64,000 nt of DNA, from contig JBGARZ010000009.1 of NCBI GenBank assembly GCA_044229975.1, positions 347,947 through 411,946 of the forward strand. The letters are read 5' to 3'. Every line of letters starts with the position of its first letter. Position 1 is the first letter of the stretch. Positions 47,297 through 56,682 of this stretch are shown here, in pieces. Below the pieces are notes generated by a model that made no database searches, was not told the DNA's origin, and saw only the letters and a program-made list of their open reading frames with translations. The position numbers and the translations under genes are program-made. The stretch comes from Polyangiales bacterium. Lineage in GTDB: Bacteria > Myxococcota_A > Polyangia > Polyangiales > Ga0077539.

Positions 47297-49744
47297 ATGG
47301 CTGACGAGCCGCTGCTCCCGCCGCCTTCCGTGCCCGCCGGGGAGCGCGTCCCGTCGCCGACGCGGGGCGCCCTCATCGGGCTCGCCTCGCTCGTCGTCAT
47401 CACCCTCCTCCGCCTAGGGCTCGATCGCTTCGGGGGACAGCCGACTCCCTTCTTCCTGTACCTCGCGCCCGTCGCCCTCGGCGCCTGGCACGGCGGGCTG
47501 CGCATGGGCGTGGTCACCACCGTCGTCGCCGCGCTGCTCGGGCACTACCTCTTCGTCGAACCGCGCGCGTCGTGGGCGCTCCCGCAGTCCCCGGGCGCCG
47601 AGCAGCTGCTCCTCTTCCTCGCGCAGGCGCTGAGCGCCTCGCTCGTCGTGGCGCGCGCCGCGGGCGATCGCCGGCGCGCCCTCATCGGCGCCCGCGAGGG
47701 CCGCGCCGCGCTGGAGAAGCTCCACGGCGTCCTCGACGCGGTCGACGACGGAATCGTGGTGCAGGACGCCACCGGCCGCGTGCTCTACGCCAACGAGATG
47801 GCGGCGCGCACCTTCGGGTTTCCGTCGGTGTCGGCCCTGCGCGGCGCGACCGCGGCCGCGACGCTGGGTGGCGTCGAGATCTTCGACGAGGAGCGGCGCC
47901 CGCTGCCCCACGAGCGCATGCCCGGCCGCAACGCCAGGGACACCCGGCAGTCCGTCGAGCGGGTGCTGCTCTTCCGGCTGGCCGCCACGGGCGAGGAGCG
48001 CTGGTGCGCCGTGCGCTCGAAGCCGCTCTTCAACGCCGACGGGTCGCCCAGCTCGGTCATCAGCCTGCTGCACGACGTCACCCGCCGGCGCAGCGACGAG
48101 GCCCGCAACGCCTTCGTCGCCCGCGTCGCGCAGGAGCTTTCCTCCTCGCTCGACTACCACGAGACCCTCGGGAAGCTGACCCGCTTGTCGGTGCCCGAGA
48201 TCGCCGACTGGGCGGCGGTCGACTTCGTCGAGGACGGCCGACGGGTGCGCCGCGCGGTCGCGCACGCCGACCCCGCGAAGGTCGCGATCGCCGAGGAGAT
48301 CGAGCGCCGCTTCCCGCTCGACCCTGACGCGAAGAGAAACGCGCCCAACGTCCTGCGAACGGGGAAGCCCGAGATCCTCAGCACCGTCTCCGAAGAGTCG
48401 ATGGCGGCGCTGGCCCGCGATCCCGAGCACCTCGCGCTCGTCCGCTCGCTGGGGCTGCGCTCGGTCCTCGCGGTCCCGATCATGGTGCGCGGCGCTCCGA
48501 TGGGCGTGCTCACCTTCGCGACGGCGGAGTCGGGGCGACGCTACGGGCCGGAAGACCTCGCGCTCGCGACCACGCTGGCCGAGCGGGCGTCGGTGGCCAT
48601 CGAGCACGCGGTGCTCTACCGCGAGGCCGAGCGGGCGCGCGCCGACGCGGAGCTGGCCAACCGCTCGAAGGACGAGTTCCTGGCGATGCTGGGGCACGAG
48701 CTGCGCAACCCGCTGGCGCCCATCCTCACGGCGCTCTCGCTCGTGAAGATGCGGTCGGGCGCGTGGCCCGAGCGCGAGCTCGCGGTCATCGAGCGGCAGG
48801 TGAAGCACCTCGTTCGGCTGGTGGACGACCTGCTCGACGTGTCGCGCATCACGCGCGGCCGGGTCGAGCTCAAGCTGGAGCGCCTCACGCTGGCGGCCGT
48901 GGTGTCGCGCGCCGTGGAGATGTCGCTCCCGCTCATCGAGCAGCGGGCGCACCGGCTGGAGGTGGACGTTCCGAGCGGGCTCGCGCTGCGGGGCGACGCG
49001 CTGCGGCTCGCGCAGGTGGTGGCCAACCTGCTCAACAACGCCGCGAAGTACACCGAGAAGGGCGGGCGCATCGAGGTGCGCGGCGCGCTCGTCGGAGCGT
49101 GGGTCGAGCTGCGGGTGCGCGACCGGGGCATCGGCATCACCCCAGAGATGCTGCCGCGGGTGTTCGAGCTGTTCACGCAGGAGTCGCAGGCCATCGACCG
49201 CGCGCTGGGCGGGCTCGGGCTCGGGCTCGCGATCGTGAAGAGCCTCGTCGTGCAGCACGGCGGCGAGGTGACGGCGGCGAGCGAGGGCGCCGGGCTGGGG
49301 AGCGAGTTCTGCGTACGATTGCCGGCGCTCGACGAGAGGTCCAGCGCGCCGGGCGACGAGGCGACGACGGCGATCGTGACGGCGACGACGGCGCTGCGGG
49401 TGCTGGTGGTCGACGACAACGAGGACGCGGCCGACATGCTGGCCGACGCGCTGACGGCGATGGGCCACGAGGTGCGCAAGGCCCACGACGGGCCGACCGC
49501 GCTGGAGATCGCGGCCGAGCTGCGGCCGACGGTGGCGGTGCTCGACATCGGGCTGCCGGTGATGGACGGCCACGAGCTGGCGCGGCGGCTGCGAGCGATG
49601 GAGGGCATGGCGGGCGTGCGCATCATCGCCGTCACCGGGTACGGCCAGGACGCCGACCGGCGACGCACGACCGAGGCGGGATTCGACGCCCACCTGGTGA
49701 AGCCGGTCGACCTCGACGAGCTGGCGGCGGTGGTCGCGGGGTAG
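47297..49744 (+). CDS. hybrid sensor histidine kinase (DUF4118 membrane domain, PAS, GAF, HisKA, HATPase_c, receiver)
   Basis: Start MADEPLL; H-box MLGHELRNPLAPI; ATPase G-boxes; C-terminal REC domain VLVVDDNEDAADMLADAL...VLDIGLPVMDG. Confidence 0.85.
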   Translation: MADEPLLPPPSVPAGERVPSPTRGALIGLASLVVITLLRLGLDRFGGQPTPFFLYLAPVALGAWHGGLRMGVVTTVVAALLGHYLFVEPRASWALPQSPGAEQLLLFLAQALSASLVVARAAGDRRRALIGAREGRAALEKLHGVLDAVDDGIVVQDATGRVLYANEMAARTFGFPSVSALRGATAAATLGGVEIFDEERRPLPHERMPGRNARDTRQSVERVLLFRLAATGEERWCAVRSKPLFNADGSPSSVISLLHDVTRRRSDEARNAFVARVAQELSSSLDYHETLGKLTRLSVPEIADWAAVDFVEDGRRVRRAVAHADPAKVAIAEEIERRFPLDPDAKRNAPNVLRTGKPEILSTVSEESMAALARDPEHLALVRSLGLRSVLAVPIMVRGAPMGVLTFATAESGRRYGPEDLALATTLAERASVAIEHAVLYREAERARADAELANRSKDEFLAMLGHELRNPLAPILTALSLVKMRSGAWPERELAVIERQVKHLVRLVDDLLDVSRITRGRVELKLERLTLAAVVSRAVEMSLPLIEQRAHRLEVDVPSGLALRGDALRLAQVVANLLNNAAKYTEKGGRIEVRGALVGAWVELRVRDRGIGITPEMLPRVFELFTQESQAIDRALGGLGLGLAIVKSLVVQHGGEVTAASEGAGLGSEFCVRLPALDERSSAPGDEATTAIVTATTALRVLVVDDNEDAADMLADALTAMGHEVRKAHDGPTALEIAAELRPTVAVLDIGLPVMDGHELARRLRAMEGMAGVRIIAVTGYGQDADRRRTTEAGFDAHLVKPVDLDELAAVVAG

Positions 49745-49752
49745 CGGGCCGT

Positions 49753-50952
49753 CTACGGAGCCGTGGAGGGGCGCGGTCCGCTCTCTTCCATCTGCACCCG
49801 CGAGCGCAGCGTCACCTGTCCCGGAACCTCCAGCCGAAACCACCCCCGACTCTCGTCGAAGGCCCCGCCGATGTTGGGTGTGAAGAGCCTTCGTGTGGCC
49901 ACCACGGTGAAGCTCCAGCGCGAGCGTCGACCGCCCGGCAGCGGCATCGGGTCCTGCTCCTCGACGCCGTGGCGCACGGCTTCTTGCGCGGCGCGGTCGA
50001 AGCCCGGGATGCCCGACGGGTGCAACAGCGTCACGGAGAGCACGCGGCCGTTTTCGTCCTGCTCGACGAGCACCTCCGCGCGGGTCGTCCGAACGTTGCG
50101 CCGCCACGACTCCTCGCCCTGATCGGTCGGCATCATCGGGCGGGTGGTGAGGCCCTGGCCTGCGGTTCCGCCGATGGCGTCGATGGCGTCGCGGGCGCCG
50201 CCGAGGCGCGGGGCTGCGGCGTCATCGAGCACCTGCCGCTGACGGCGCATCACGCGCTCGCCCATGATGCGAATGGCCCGCTCCGGTGCGATGAAGCTCG
50301 CCATGATCGTGTCGGCGAGGTTGGGGACGCGCACCACGCCGGGGCGCCATGCTTCGGCGACGCGGCGGCGGACGTTCCAGAGGTAGGTGCGGACGCCGGG
50401 GGCCTCGCGGACGGTGGTGGCGGCGAGGGTCTCGCGGACGAAGCCCTGCGAGGCGGCGACGGCGCGCTCGGCGTCGGTTCCGGTGGTGCCCGCGAAGAGG
50501 GGCGCACGAGCGGGCGCGGCGGAGGGAGGTGCGGGGAGCGTGGTCGCGAGCTCGGTGGTGCGCGGACGGAGGAGGTCGGCGGCGCTCAACACGGGCGGAG
50601 CGACGGGCGTCGGAGGGACGACGGGCGTCGGAGGGAGAACGGGCGTGGGCGGAGCGACGGCAGGCGCTGGAGGGAGAGCCGCGGGCGCGGGGCGGGTGGC
50701 GGCGAGGCGAGCGGCGGGACGAGCCGCGGCCTCGGTTGGGACGACAGGCGCGGGCTCAGCGGGCGCGGGAGCTGGCGTGGGTGGCGACGGCGGTGGCGGC
50801 GGCGGGGCTTCGATGGTGAGCTCGGTGACGTTCACCGCGCGCGGTAGTGGGAGCGACGAGGGCGGGTGCGGCAGTGCGATGAGGAGGGCAAAGACGGCGG
50901 CGTGCCCCGCGACGGAGGCGATCAGCCAACGTGAGCGCCCATCGACGGTCAT
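49753..50952 (-). CDS. TonB-like energy transducer (N-terminal TM, Pro-rich linker, TonB C-terminal domain)
   Basis: TM LIASVAGHAAVFALLIAL; linker PPPPPPSPPTPAPAPAEP...; C-terminal GRVLSVTLLHPSGIPGFDRAAQEAVR. Confidence 0.65.
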   Translation of the reverse strand: MTVDGRSRWLIASVAGHAAVFALLIALPHPPSSLPLPRAVNVTELTIEAPPPPPPSPPTPAPAPAEPAPVVPTEAAARPAARLAATRPAPAALPPAPAVAPPTPVLPPTPVVPPTPVAPPVLSAADLLRPRTTELATTLPAPPSAAPARAPLFAGTTGTDAERAVAASQGFVRETLAATTVREAPGVRTYLWNVRRRVAEAWRPGVVRVPNLADTIMASFIAPERAIRIMGERVMRRQRQVLDDAAAPRLGGARDAIDAIGGTAGQGLTTRPMMPTDQGEESWRRNVRTTRAEVLVEQDENGRVLSVTLLHPSGIPGFDRAAQEAVRHGVEEQDPMPLPGGRRSRWSFTVVATRRLFTPNIGGAFDESRGWFRLEVPGQVTLRSRVQMEESGPRPSTAP

Positions 50953-51013
50953 CGCCCGTACGATGACACGGAAGGCCGATCGGGCTCAGAGCGCTCCCCT
51001 CAGGGTCGGTGTC

Positions 51014-51284
51014 CTCAACGAGGTCGCGCCTGCGTGCCGGAGTTCGCGTGACCCCGTAGCGGGGGCGTGCAGTCGCTCACTCCGGGCTATTTCAGGTGGT
51101 CACCTCGCTCCGCGAGGTTGCAGGGACCGCGGCCGACGATGAATCGGGCGATGGTTTGCTCGTCGCCGCCAGTGCCGCAACCTCGCGGAGCGAGGTGACC
51201 ACCTGAAATAGCCCGGAGTGAGCGACTGCACGCCCCCGCTACGGGGTCACGCGAACTCCGGCACGCAGGCGCGACCTCGTTGAG
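51014..51284. repeat. perfect inverted repeat, 108-bp arms (51014-51121 and 51177-51284) with a 55-bp spacer; candidate MITE / foldback element
   Basis: Right arm is the exact reverse complement of the left arm (checked base by base). Lies 12 nt downstream of the qor stop and upstream of the tonB-like start. ORFs 50387-51142 (+) and 51087-51584 (-) encode the same peptide because of it. Confidence 0.85.
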
Positions 51285-51295
51285 GCGAGAGCCCC

Positions 51296-52267
51296 TTACG
51301 GCACCAGCACGACCTTGCCCAGCACCTCGCGGCGCTCCAGCCGCTCCAGCGCTTCCGTCGCTTGCGCAAACGGGTACGCCCGGTCGACGTGCGGCGTCAG
51401 CTTCCCCTCGGCGACCCACTGGAAGATGCGCGTCGCATGAGCGCGGTTCTTCTCCGGCTCGCGCATCGCAAACGACCCCCAGAACACCCCGACGATGTCG
51501 CAGCCCTTCAGCAGCGTGAGGTTCAACGGGATCTTCGGAATCTCCCCCGACGCGAAGCCCACCACGAGGTAGCGCCCCTGCCACGCGATGGACCGCAGCG
51601 CCTGCTCGGCGAGCGCTCCGCCCACCGGGTCGTAGACCACGTCCACCCCAGCACCGCTCAACTCCTTCGCGCGGTCCTTCAGCGACTCGCGCCCGTAGTT
51701 GATCCCGAGGTCGGCGCCGTTCTTCTGGCAGAACGCCACCTTCTCATCCGTCGACGCCGCGGCGATGACCCGCGCGCCGAGCGCCTTGCCCAGCTGCACC
51801 GCCGCGATGCCCACACCCCCGGCGGCGCCCAGCACCAGCAGCGTCTCGCCCGACGCGAGGTGCGCGCGGTCCACCAGCGCGTGCAGCGTCGTCGCGTACG
51901 TCAGCAGCGTGGCCGCGCCCACCTCGAAGCTCACCGCGTCGGGGAGCTTCGCCGTCGCCAGCTCCGGCACCACCACGCGCTCGGCGAACGCGCCCGACAG
52001 CATCGTCGCCGCCACGCGGTCGCCCACCTGGAGCGACGTCACGCCGCGGCCCACGGCCTTCACGACGCCTGCCACCTCGCCGCCCGGGACAAACGGCGGC
52101 TCGCTCCTGAACTGGTACTTCCCGCGGGTGACCAGCACGTCGGGGAAGTTCACCCCCGCGGCGCGCACGTCGACGAGCACCTCGCCGTCACCCGCGACGG
52201 GCTCGTCGATCTCGTCCACCCGCAGGGCGCCCGGCCCCGACAACTCCTGGCATCGAACAGCGCGCAT
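51296..52267 (-). CDS. qor: NADPH:quinone oxidoreductase / zinc-binding MDR dehydrogenase
   Basis: Start MRAVRCQELSGPGALRVDEIDEP; GAAGGVGIAAVQLGKALGARVIA Rossmann motif. Confidence 0.8.
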   Translation of the reverse strand: MRAVRCQELSGPGALRVDEIDEPVAGDGEVLVDVRAAGVNFPDVLVTRGKYQFRSEPPFVPGGEVAGVVKAVGRGVTSLQVGDRVAATMLSGAFAERVVVPELATAKLPDAVSFEVGAATLLTYATTLHALVDRAHLASGETLLVLGAAGGVGIAAVQLGKALGARVIAAASTDEKVAFCQKNGADLGINYGRESLKDRAKELSGAGVDVVYDPVGGALAEQALRSIAWQGRYLVVGFASGEIPKIPLNLTLLKGCDIVGVFWGSFAMREPEKNRAHATRIFQWVAEGKLTPHVDRAYPFAQATEALERLERREVLGKVVLVP

Positions 52268-52334
52268 GGTGTCGGCGACGCTATCACGCCGCGTCCCCAC
52301 GCCGACCAGATCCGTTGGGGTACTGTCGGCGGCC

Positions 52335-52877
52335 GTGACGCTGACGATACGACCCGCGACTCTGGCCGACGCAACAGCCGTGCAGGCCATCTACGCGCAC
52401 CACGTGGCGCACGGCACCGGCACCTTCGAGGAGGTCGCGCCGACGCCCGAGGAGATGGCCACCCGCATCGCCGCGGTGCTCGACCGCGCGCTGCCGTACC
52501 TCGTCGCCGAAGAGGGCGACGCAGTGTTGGGCTTCGCCTACGCCGGGCCGTTTCGGCTGCGCTCGGCGTACCGCTACACCGCCGAGGACTCGGTCTACGT
52601 GGCGCCCGCGGCGACGGGTCGCGGCGTCGGTCGCGCGCTGCTCACGGCCCTCGTCGCGGCGTGCGAGGCGGCCGGGCTGCGGCAGCTCATCGCGGTCATC
52701 GGCGACTCGGACAACGCGGCGTCCATCGGCGTGCACCGCGCGTGCGGCTTCGAGCACAGCGGCGTCGCGAAGGGCGTCGGGTACAAGCACGGGCGCTTCC
52801 TCGACGTGGTGTTCATGCAGCGGGCGCTCAATGGTGGGGCGACGCGTCCACCCGACGCCGCGGGCATGCGACTCTAG
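52335..52877 (+). CDS. GNAT N-acetyltransferase (phosphinothricin acetyltransferase-like)
   Basis: GTG start VTLTIRPATLADA; RGVGRALLTALV acetyl-CoA-binding motif; about 180 aa. Confidence 0.65.
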   Translation: MTLTIRPATLADATAVQAIYAHHVAHGTGTFEEVAPTPEEMATRIAAVLDRALPYLVAEEGDAVLGFAYAGPFRLRSAYRYTAEDSVYVAPAATGRGVGRALLTALVAACEAAGLRQLIAVIGDSDNAASIGVHRACGFEHSGVAKGVGYKHGRFLDVVFMQRALNGGATRPPDAAGMRL

Positions 52878-52885
52878 GCGCGACG

Positions 52886-54526
52886 ATGCCGTACCGAAGC
52901 GCGCCGCTGCGATCGTCGGAGCCTCACCCGCAACGAAGGTTGTGGGGAGCGGTCGTGATCGTGAGCGCGGCAGCGACGGCCTTCTCGGGATGGCGCTGCG
53001 AGCAGCTACGGCGACAGCACGCGTGGGAGATGGACGCGGGCGTGCGTCGGGCGGCAGCGGAGGGCGCGGGGAGAATGGCTGCCAGCGCTCACATGGTGGC
53101 GGTGCTTCATGGAGAGGGCGCGGAGGCGGTCGTGGTGCGCCTGCCGGGCGTCCGGGTGCGGCGAGGGACCGATCTCGTACGGGAGCCCGAGGTGTTTCCG
53201 GCGCGCGACGCGGTGGCGCTGACGGCCGGTGGGGAGTGCGCCATCGACGTGCGCGGCGACCTCTTCGACGTGTCGAGCGCCGAGGCGTCGCGCGAGCGTC
53301 GCCCATGCACATCGTCGCAAGAGCCATCGCGTGGGTGGAACCGACCGGAGGTCCCCGAGAGCCTGACGTACCCGGTGGAGGTCGCGATCTCCGACGAGGT
53401 CGGCTGCGCGCGCGAGCGGACGGGACCGGTGCGATGCTGGGGGCCCATCTTGCGCGATCGGGGTGTCGTCCGCCGGGACGTCGCGGTGCCGCTCGTGGAC
53501 GTGGACGCCGTCGAGCGGATGGTTCCCTTCGGCGACCGCATCTGCGGGCTCCGGCGGGGGACGGTGTTGTGCTGGGGAGGCTCCTCACGCGACCCGGCAC
53601 GGGGCCCGCGGGCCGGGCTTCCGCGCGCGATCCCGATGGGGACGGAGGTCACGGGGCTCGTGAGCTTCGACCGCGATTGGTACACGCGCGGTCCGTTGTG
53701 CGCCCTCCACGCCGATGGAACGGTCCGGTGCTGGACCCACGACCCCTTCACGACGCCCCCGCGCGAGGTGGCGCACGCGAGTCTGAACCTCCACTCCCTG
53801 GTCCGGGGCACGTCGCATCTCTGCGCCCTCGACGAGCGATCGCAGGGGTGGTGCGCAACGGTCTCGGACGACGAGGACGCGACCTTTGTCCGCGCCCCGG
53901 CCTTCGACGGCTTCACGCGAGTCGTCGACGCCAGCAGTCGTCACTTCCCTGTCCGTGGCGCTTCGCTGCGCTGTGACGAGGCGACGCTTCGCAGCCCCTT
54001 CATCACCCCCGACCGTGACGAGCCCGAAGGGTGGGTCCGACGCGACTGTGAAGAGGCGGCACGTCTGCTGCCGAGGACGAGCCCTGTCCCCGGCGCGCTG
54101 CTCCAGACCGCGACGCCGTCCGTACTCACCGCGGACGAACTGGGGGGCTTCACGCACGCGGCCTATCGCGAGGTGTTGGGCAGCGGGGTTACGGCGATCC
54201 CCACGAGTGCCGCCTATCACCGGTGCGAGCTCGGCGTGAACCGCCGCGTCGCTTGCCAATGGGTTCCCATCGACGAGTTCGATGGCCCGTGGGACGTCGA
54301 CCCGCACGAGGTCATGACCTCCGACGAGCCCGTGCGGCTCATCGCAGGCGTCGACGACGCCGTCGAGCTCGCCGTGACCGGCGATGGCCTCGCGTGCGCT
54401 CGACGCTCCACGGGCAGTGTCGTGTGCTGGGGTCGCAACGACGGCGGCGTGCTCACCGCCGGAGTCGCTCAGACGCCCGACGACTGGTCCATCGAGGAGC
54501 TGCTCGCCCGCGTCCCCTCGCACTGA
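52886..54526 (+). CDS. membrane-anchored RCC1-like repeat (beta-propeller) protein
   Basis: Start MPYRSAPL; TM LWGAVVIVSAAATAF; repeated VRCWG/VLCWGG/VRCWTH/VVCWGRNDGG motifs. Confidence 0.5.
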   Translation: MPYRSAPLRSSEPHPQRRLWGAVVIVSAAATAFSGWRCEQLRRQHAWEMDAGVRRAAAEGAGRMAASAHMVAVLHGEGAEAVVVRLPGVRVRRGTDLVREPEVFPARDAVALTAGGECAIDVRGDLFDVSSAEASRERRPCTSSQEPSRGWNRPEVPESLTYPVEVAISDEVGCARERTGPVRCWGPILRDRGVVRRDVAVPLVDVDAVERMVPFGDRICGLRRGTVLCWGGSSRDPARGPRAGLPRAIPMGTEVTGLVSFDRDWYTRGPLCALHADGTVRCWTHDPFTTPPREVAHASLNLHSLVRGTSHLCALDERSQGWCATVSDDEDATFVRAPAFDGFTRVVDASSRHFPVRGASLRCDEATLRSPFITPDRDEPEGWVRRDCEEAARLLPRTSPVPGALLQTATPSVLTADELGGFTHAAYREVLGSGVTAIPTSAAYHRCELGVNRRVACQWVPIDEFDGPWDVDPHEVMTSDEPVRLIAGVDDAVELAVTGDGLACARRSTGSVVCWGRNDGGVLTAGVAQTPDDWSIEELLARVPSH

Positions 54527-55169
54527 TCGCGTTGCCGACCCCGCCGCGTGCGCGGGCTACACCCAGTCCGACGAGATCACCCTGGTGATGGCGCCCGTCG
54601 GCGAAGACTCGCAGATCTACTTCAACGGGCGCCTCCAGAAGATGGTGTCCCAGCTCGCGGCGTACGCGACGGCGGCGTTTCACCACCTGCTGCCCGAGCA
54701 CCTGCCCGAGAAGGCCGCGGCCCGCACGGCGACGTCGCTGCCGACCTTCGATGCGCGCGTGTGGTCGGTGCCCGATCGCTCCGTCGCGGTCGACGTGCTC
54801 CGCTGGCGACAGCAGGACGGCGTTCGCAACAGCGTGTCGATGGCCGCGCGGGCGCACTTCTCGGCGAAGGCCCTGCACCAGAAGGACGTCCACGCGATGC
54901 GCGCGATGCTCCGCGAGTGCGGTGATGCGTGGGAGGAGAAGCCCGACTACTTCAAGCGCGGCACGCTCGTGTTGCGCCGGACGGCGTTGCGTCGCTTCAG
55001 CGCGGAGGAGCTCGAACGCCTCCCTCCCATGCACGCTGCCCGACGCGACCCCGAGCTGACGGTGGAGCGCACCGAGCTCGTCGAGACCTCGCTCGACCTG
55101 CGACGGGTGAACAACCTCGAAGCCGTGGTCTTCGACGGCGCCGAGCCCGCGATCGCCGATGGGAAGTAG
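54384..55169 (+). CDS. Thg1-like protein (tRNA-His guanylyltransferase family), apparently N-terminally truncated
   Basis: YTQSDEITLVM (hThg1 AYGQSDEYSFVF), VLRWRQQDGVRNSVSM (YLSWRQADCHINNLYN), KRGTLVLRR (RKGTVLIWQK). An in-frame stop at 54375-54377 leaves no room for the ~70-aa N-terminal catalytic region; overlaps the RCC1-like gene by 143 nt. Confidence 0.4.
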   Translation: MASRALDAPRAVSCAGVATTAACSPPESLRRPTTGPSRSCSPASPRTDRVADPAACAGYTQSDEITLVMAPVGEDSQIYFNGRLQKMVSQLAAYATAAFHHLLPEHLPEKAAARTATSLPTFDARVWSVPDRSVAVDVLRWRQQDGVRNSVSMAARAHFSAKALHQKDVHAMRAMLRECGDAWEEKPDYFKRGTLVLRRTALRRFSAEELERLPPMHAARRDPELTVERTELVETSLDLRRVNNLEAVVFDGAEPAIADGK

Positions 55170-55388
55170 GACCGCCAACGCCCCTCGGCGTGCGGAGAAG
55201 AAGGGCCGCCAGGACGCAAGGGTCGCAAGGGGGAAGGAGGATGGGGCTCGAAGCGTGTGTCGGGTGCGAGGCATCTCTCACCTCGCGCCTCTCACCTCCT
55301 CCCGACACCGCCTGCTGTGAGAATTCTCTCCCCTTGCGACCCTTGCGCCCTGGCGGCTTTTTCTCTCACCGCGCTCCTCGAATGCAGC

Positions 55389-56633
55389 TCACCCCGTGCC
55401 GTTGAGCGCCCTCAGATCGACCAGATCGAAGCCCGGCCGGTACGTCGCCGCGTCGAAGTCCGGGTCGACGTTTTCCGCGCGAAACAACCGCAGCATCGCC
55501 TCGGACTCCGCGCGCTCCACCCTCCGCCGCTCGTCGTCCGTCATCGCCGCCCGCGCGCTCGCCCGCGCCTCGCCTTCGTCGCGCGTCGCGCCCTTTGCCC
55601 CGACGCCCCACACCGCGCCCGTCGCCGGGTGCAGGTGCGTCCCGATGCACCGGAACGTCAGCGAGATGCGAGGCCCGTCCTGCTCGCTCGCGCCCTCCTG
55701 GCGAATCGCGTGGTAGTGCGTTCGGTTGGTCGCGAGACCCATCACCAGCAGCGACGCGTGCGGCAGCGGAACCTTCTGCACCGACTCCCCTTCTCCGCGC
55801 TTCGGTCGGAGCTGCATGGTGCGCGCGCGGCCGAGCGACACGTTGATGATCGACGACGGTCGCACCACGTCGAGGGTCTTGTCCGAGTGCTCGCTGATCC
55901 AGTCGCGGCCGTGGCGGTAGAGCTGGAGCAGGCAGTGGTTGAGCGGGTGCCCCACGCGCGCCTCCACCGCGCGGCGGATGGCGTCGACGAGCGGCGTCCA
56001 GTCACCCAACACCGGCTGCCCGTCGACCGGGTGTCGGTACAACGGCTCGATGCCACCCGCTTCGCGCGTGCCCTGCACCGCCACCAGCCTCGGAACCTCT
56101 CCGCCCCGGTGATACATGGTGTTCCAGTCGACCTCGCGTTCGAGCGCGGCGTAGGTGGTGTCGTCGACGCAGCCGCGCAGGGCGTTGCACCAGAGCGTGG
56201 TGTCGCCCGAGCCGATCCCGGTGAGGGCCACCGGCTCATCGCCCTCGTCGAGCAGCGTGCGCCACAAGCGGGTGCGTCCGCCGAGGGCCACGACATCGCG
56301 CATCGCCGCAGCGTGCTTGCCGCGGGTGGGCGCCGTCGTGGCATCGGCGAGCACCTCCACGTCGTAGCCGAGAGCCCGCGCATCCCGCACGGTCGGGAGC
56401 ACGCCATGGCCCGCGAGCAGCACGCACCGCACGCCCGCAGCGGCGAGGCGAGCGTGCAGGTCGACGTCGCGGAAGGCCGAGCCCTCTTCGCTCACGCGCA
56501 TCACCACGCGGCGTTGTTGACGGGCGGCGGAGACGATCCAGTCGAGGGCCTGCGCGAGCTGCGCGGCGTCGAGGTGCGATGACTCACCAGCACGCGGATC
56601 GATGACGACGAGGGCGGTGTACTCGGGGCTCAT
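55389..56633 (-). CDS. fusion protein: isochorismatase-like hydrolase domain plus AlkB-family Fe/2OG dioxygenase domain
   Basis: N-terminal isochorismatase-like VVIDPRAGES...CVLLAGHGVLPTVRDARALGYDVEVLADA; C-terminal AlkB motifs WISEHSDKT, ASLLVMGLATNRTHYHAI, RISLTFR. Confidence 0.6.
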   Translation of the reverse strand: MSPEYTALVVIDPRAGESSHLDAAQLAQALDWIVSAARQQRRVVMRVSEEGSAFRDVDLHARLAAAGVRCVLLAGHGVLPTVRDARALGYDVEVLADATTAPTRGKHAAAMRDVVALGGRTRLWRTLLDEGDEPVALTGIGSGDTTLWCNALRGCVDDTTYAALEREVDWNTMYHRGGEVPRLVAVQGTREAGGIEPLYRHPVDGQPVLGDWTPLVDAIRRAVEARVGHPLNHCLLQLYRHGRDWISEHSDKTLDVVRPSSIINVSLGRARTMQLRPKRGEGESVQKVPLPHASLLVMGLATNRTHYHAIRQEGASEQDGPRISLTFRCIGTHLHPATGAVWGVGAKGATRDEGEARASARAAMTDDERRRVERAESEAMLRLFRAENVDPDFDAATYRPGFDLVDLRALNGTG

Positions 56634-56682
56634 GGCGGGCGGAGTTTGGGCCAGTTGACGCGCGTCTGCCCCCAGATCCCCT

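Noticed and set aside
50387-51584. Two ORFs on opposite strands encoding the same peptide LNEVAPACRSSRDPVAGACSRSLRAISGGHLAPRG
   Set aside because: Artifact of the perfect inverted repeat at 51014-51284, not protein-coding.
51362-54526. 1054-aa ORF
   Set aside because: N-terminal 500 codons are Arg-rich antisense shadow over qor and the GNAT gene; real product starts at MPYRSAPL (52886).
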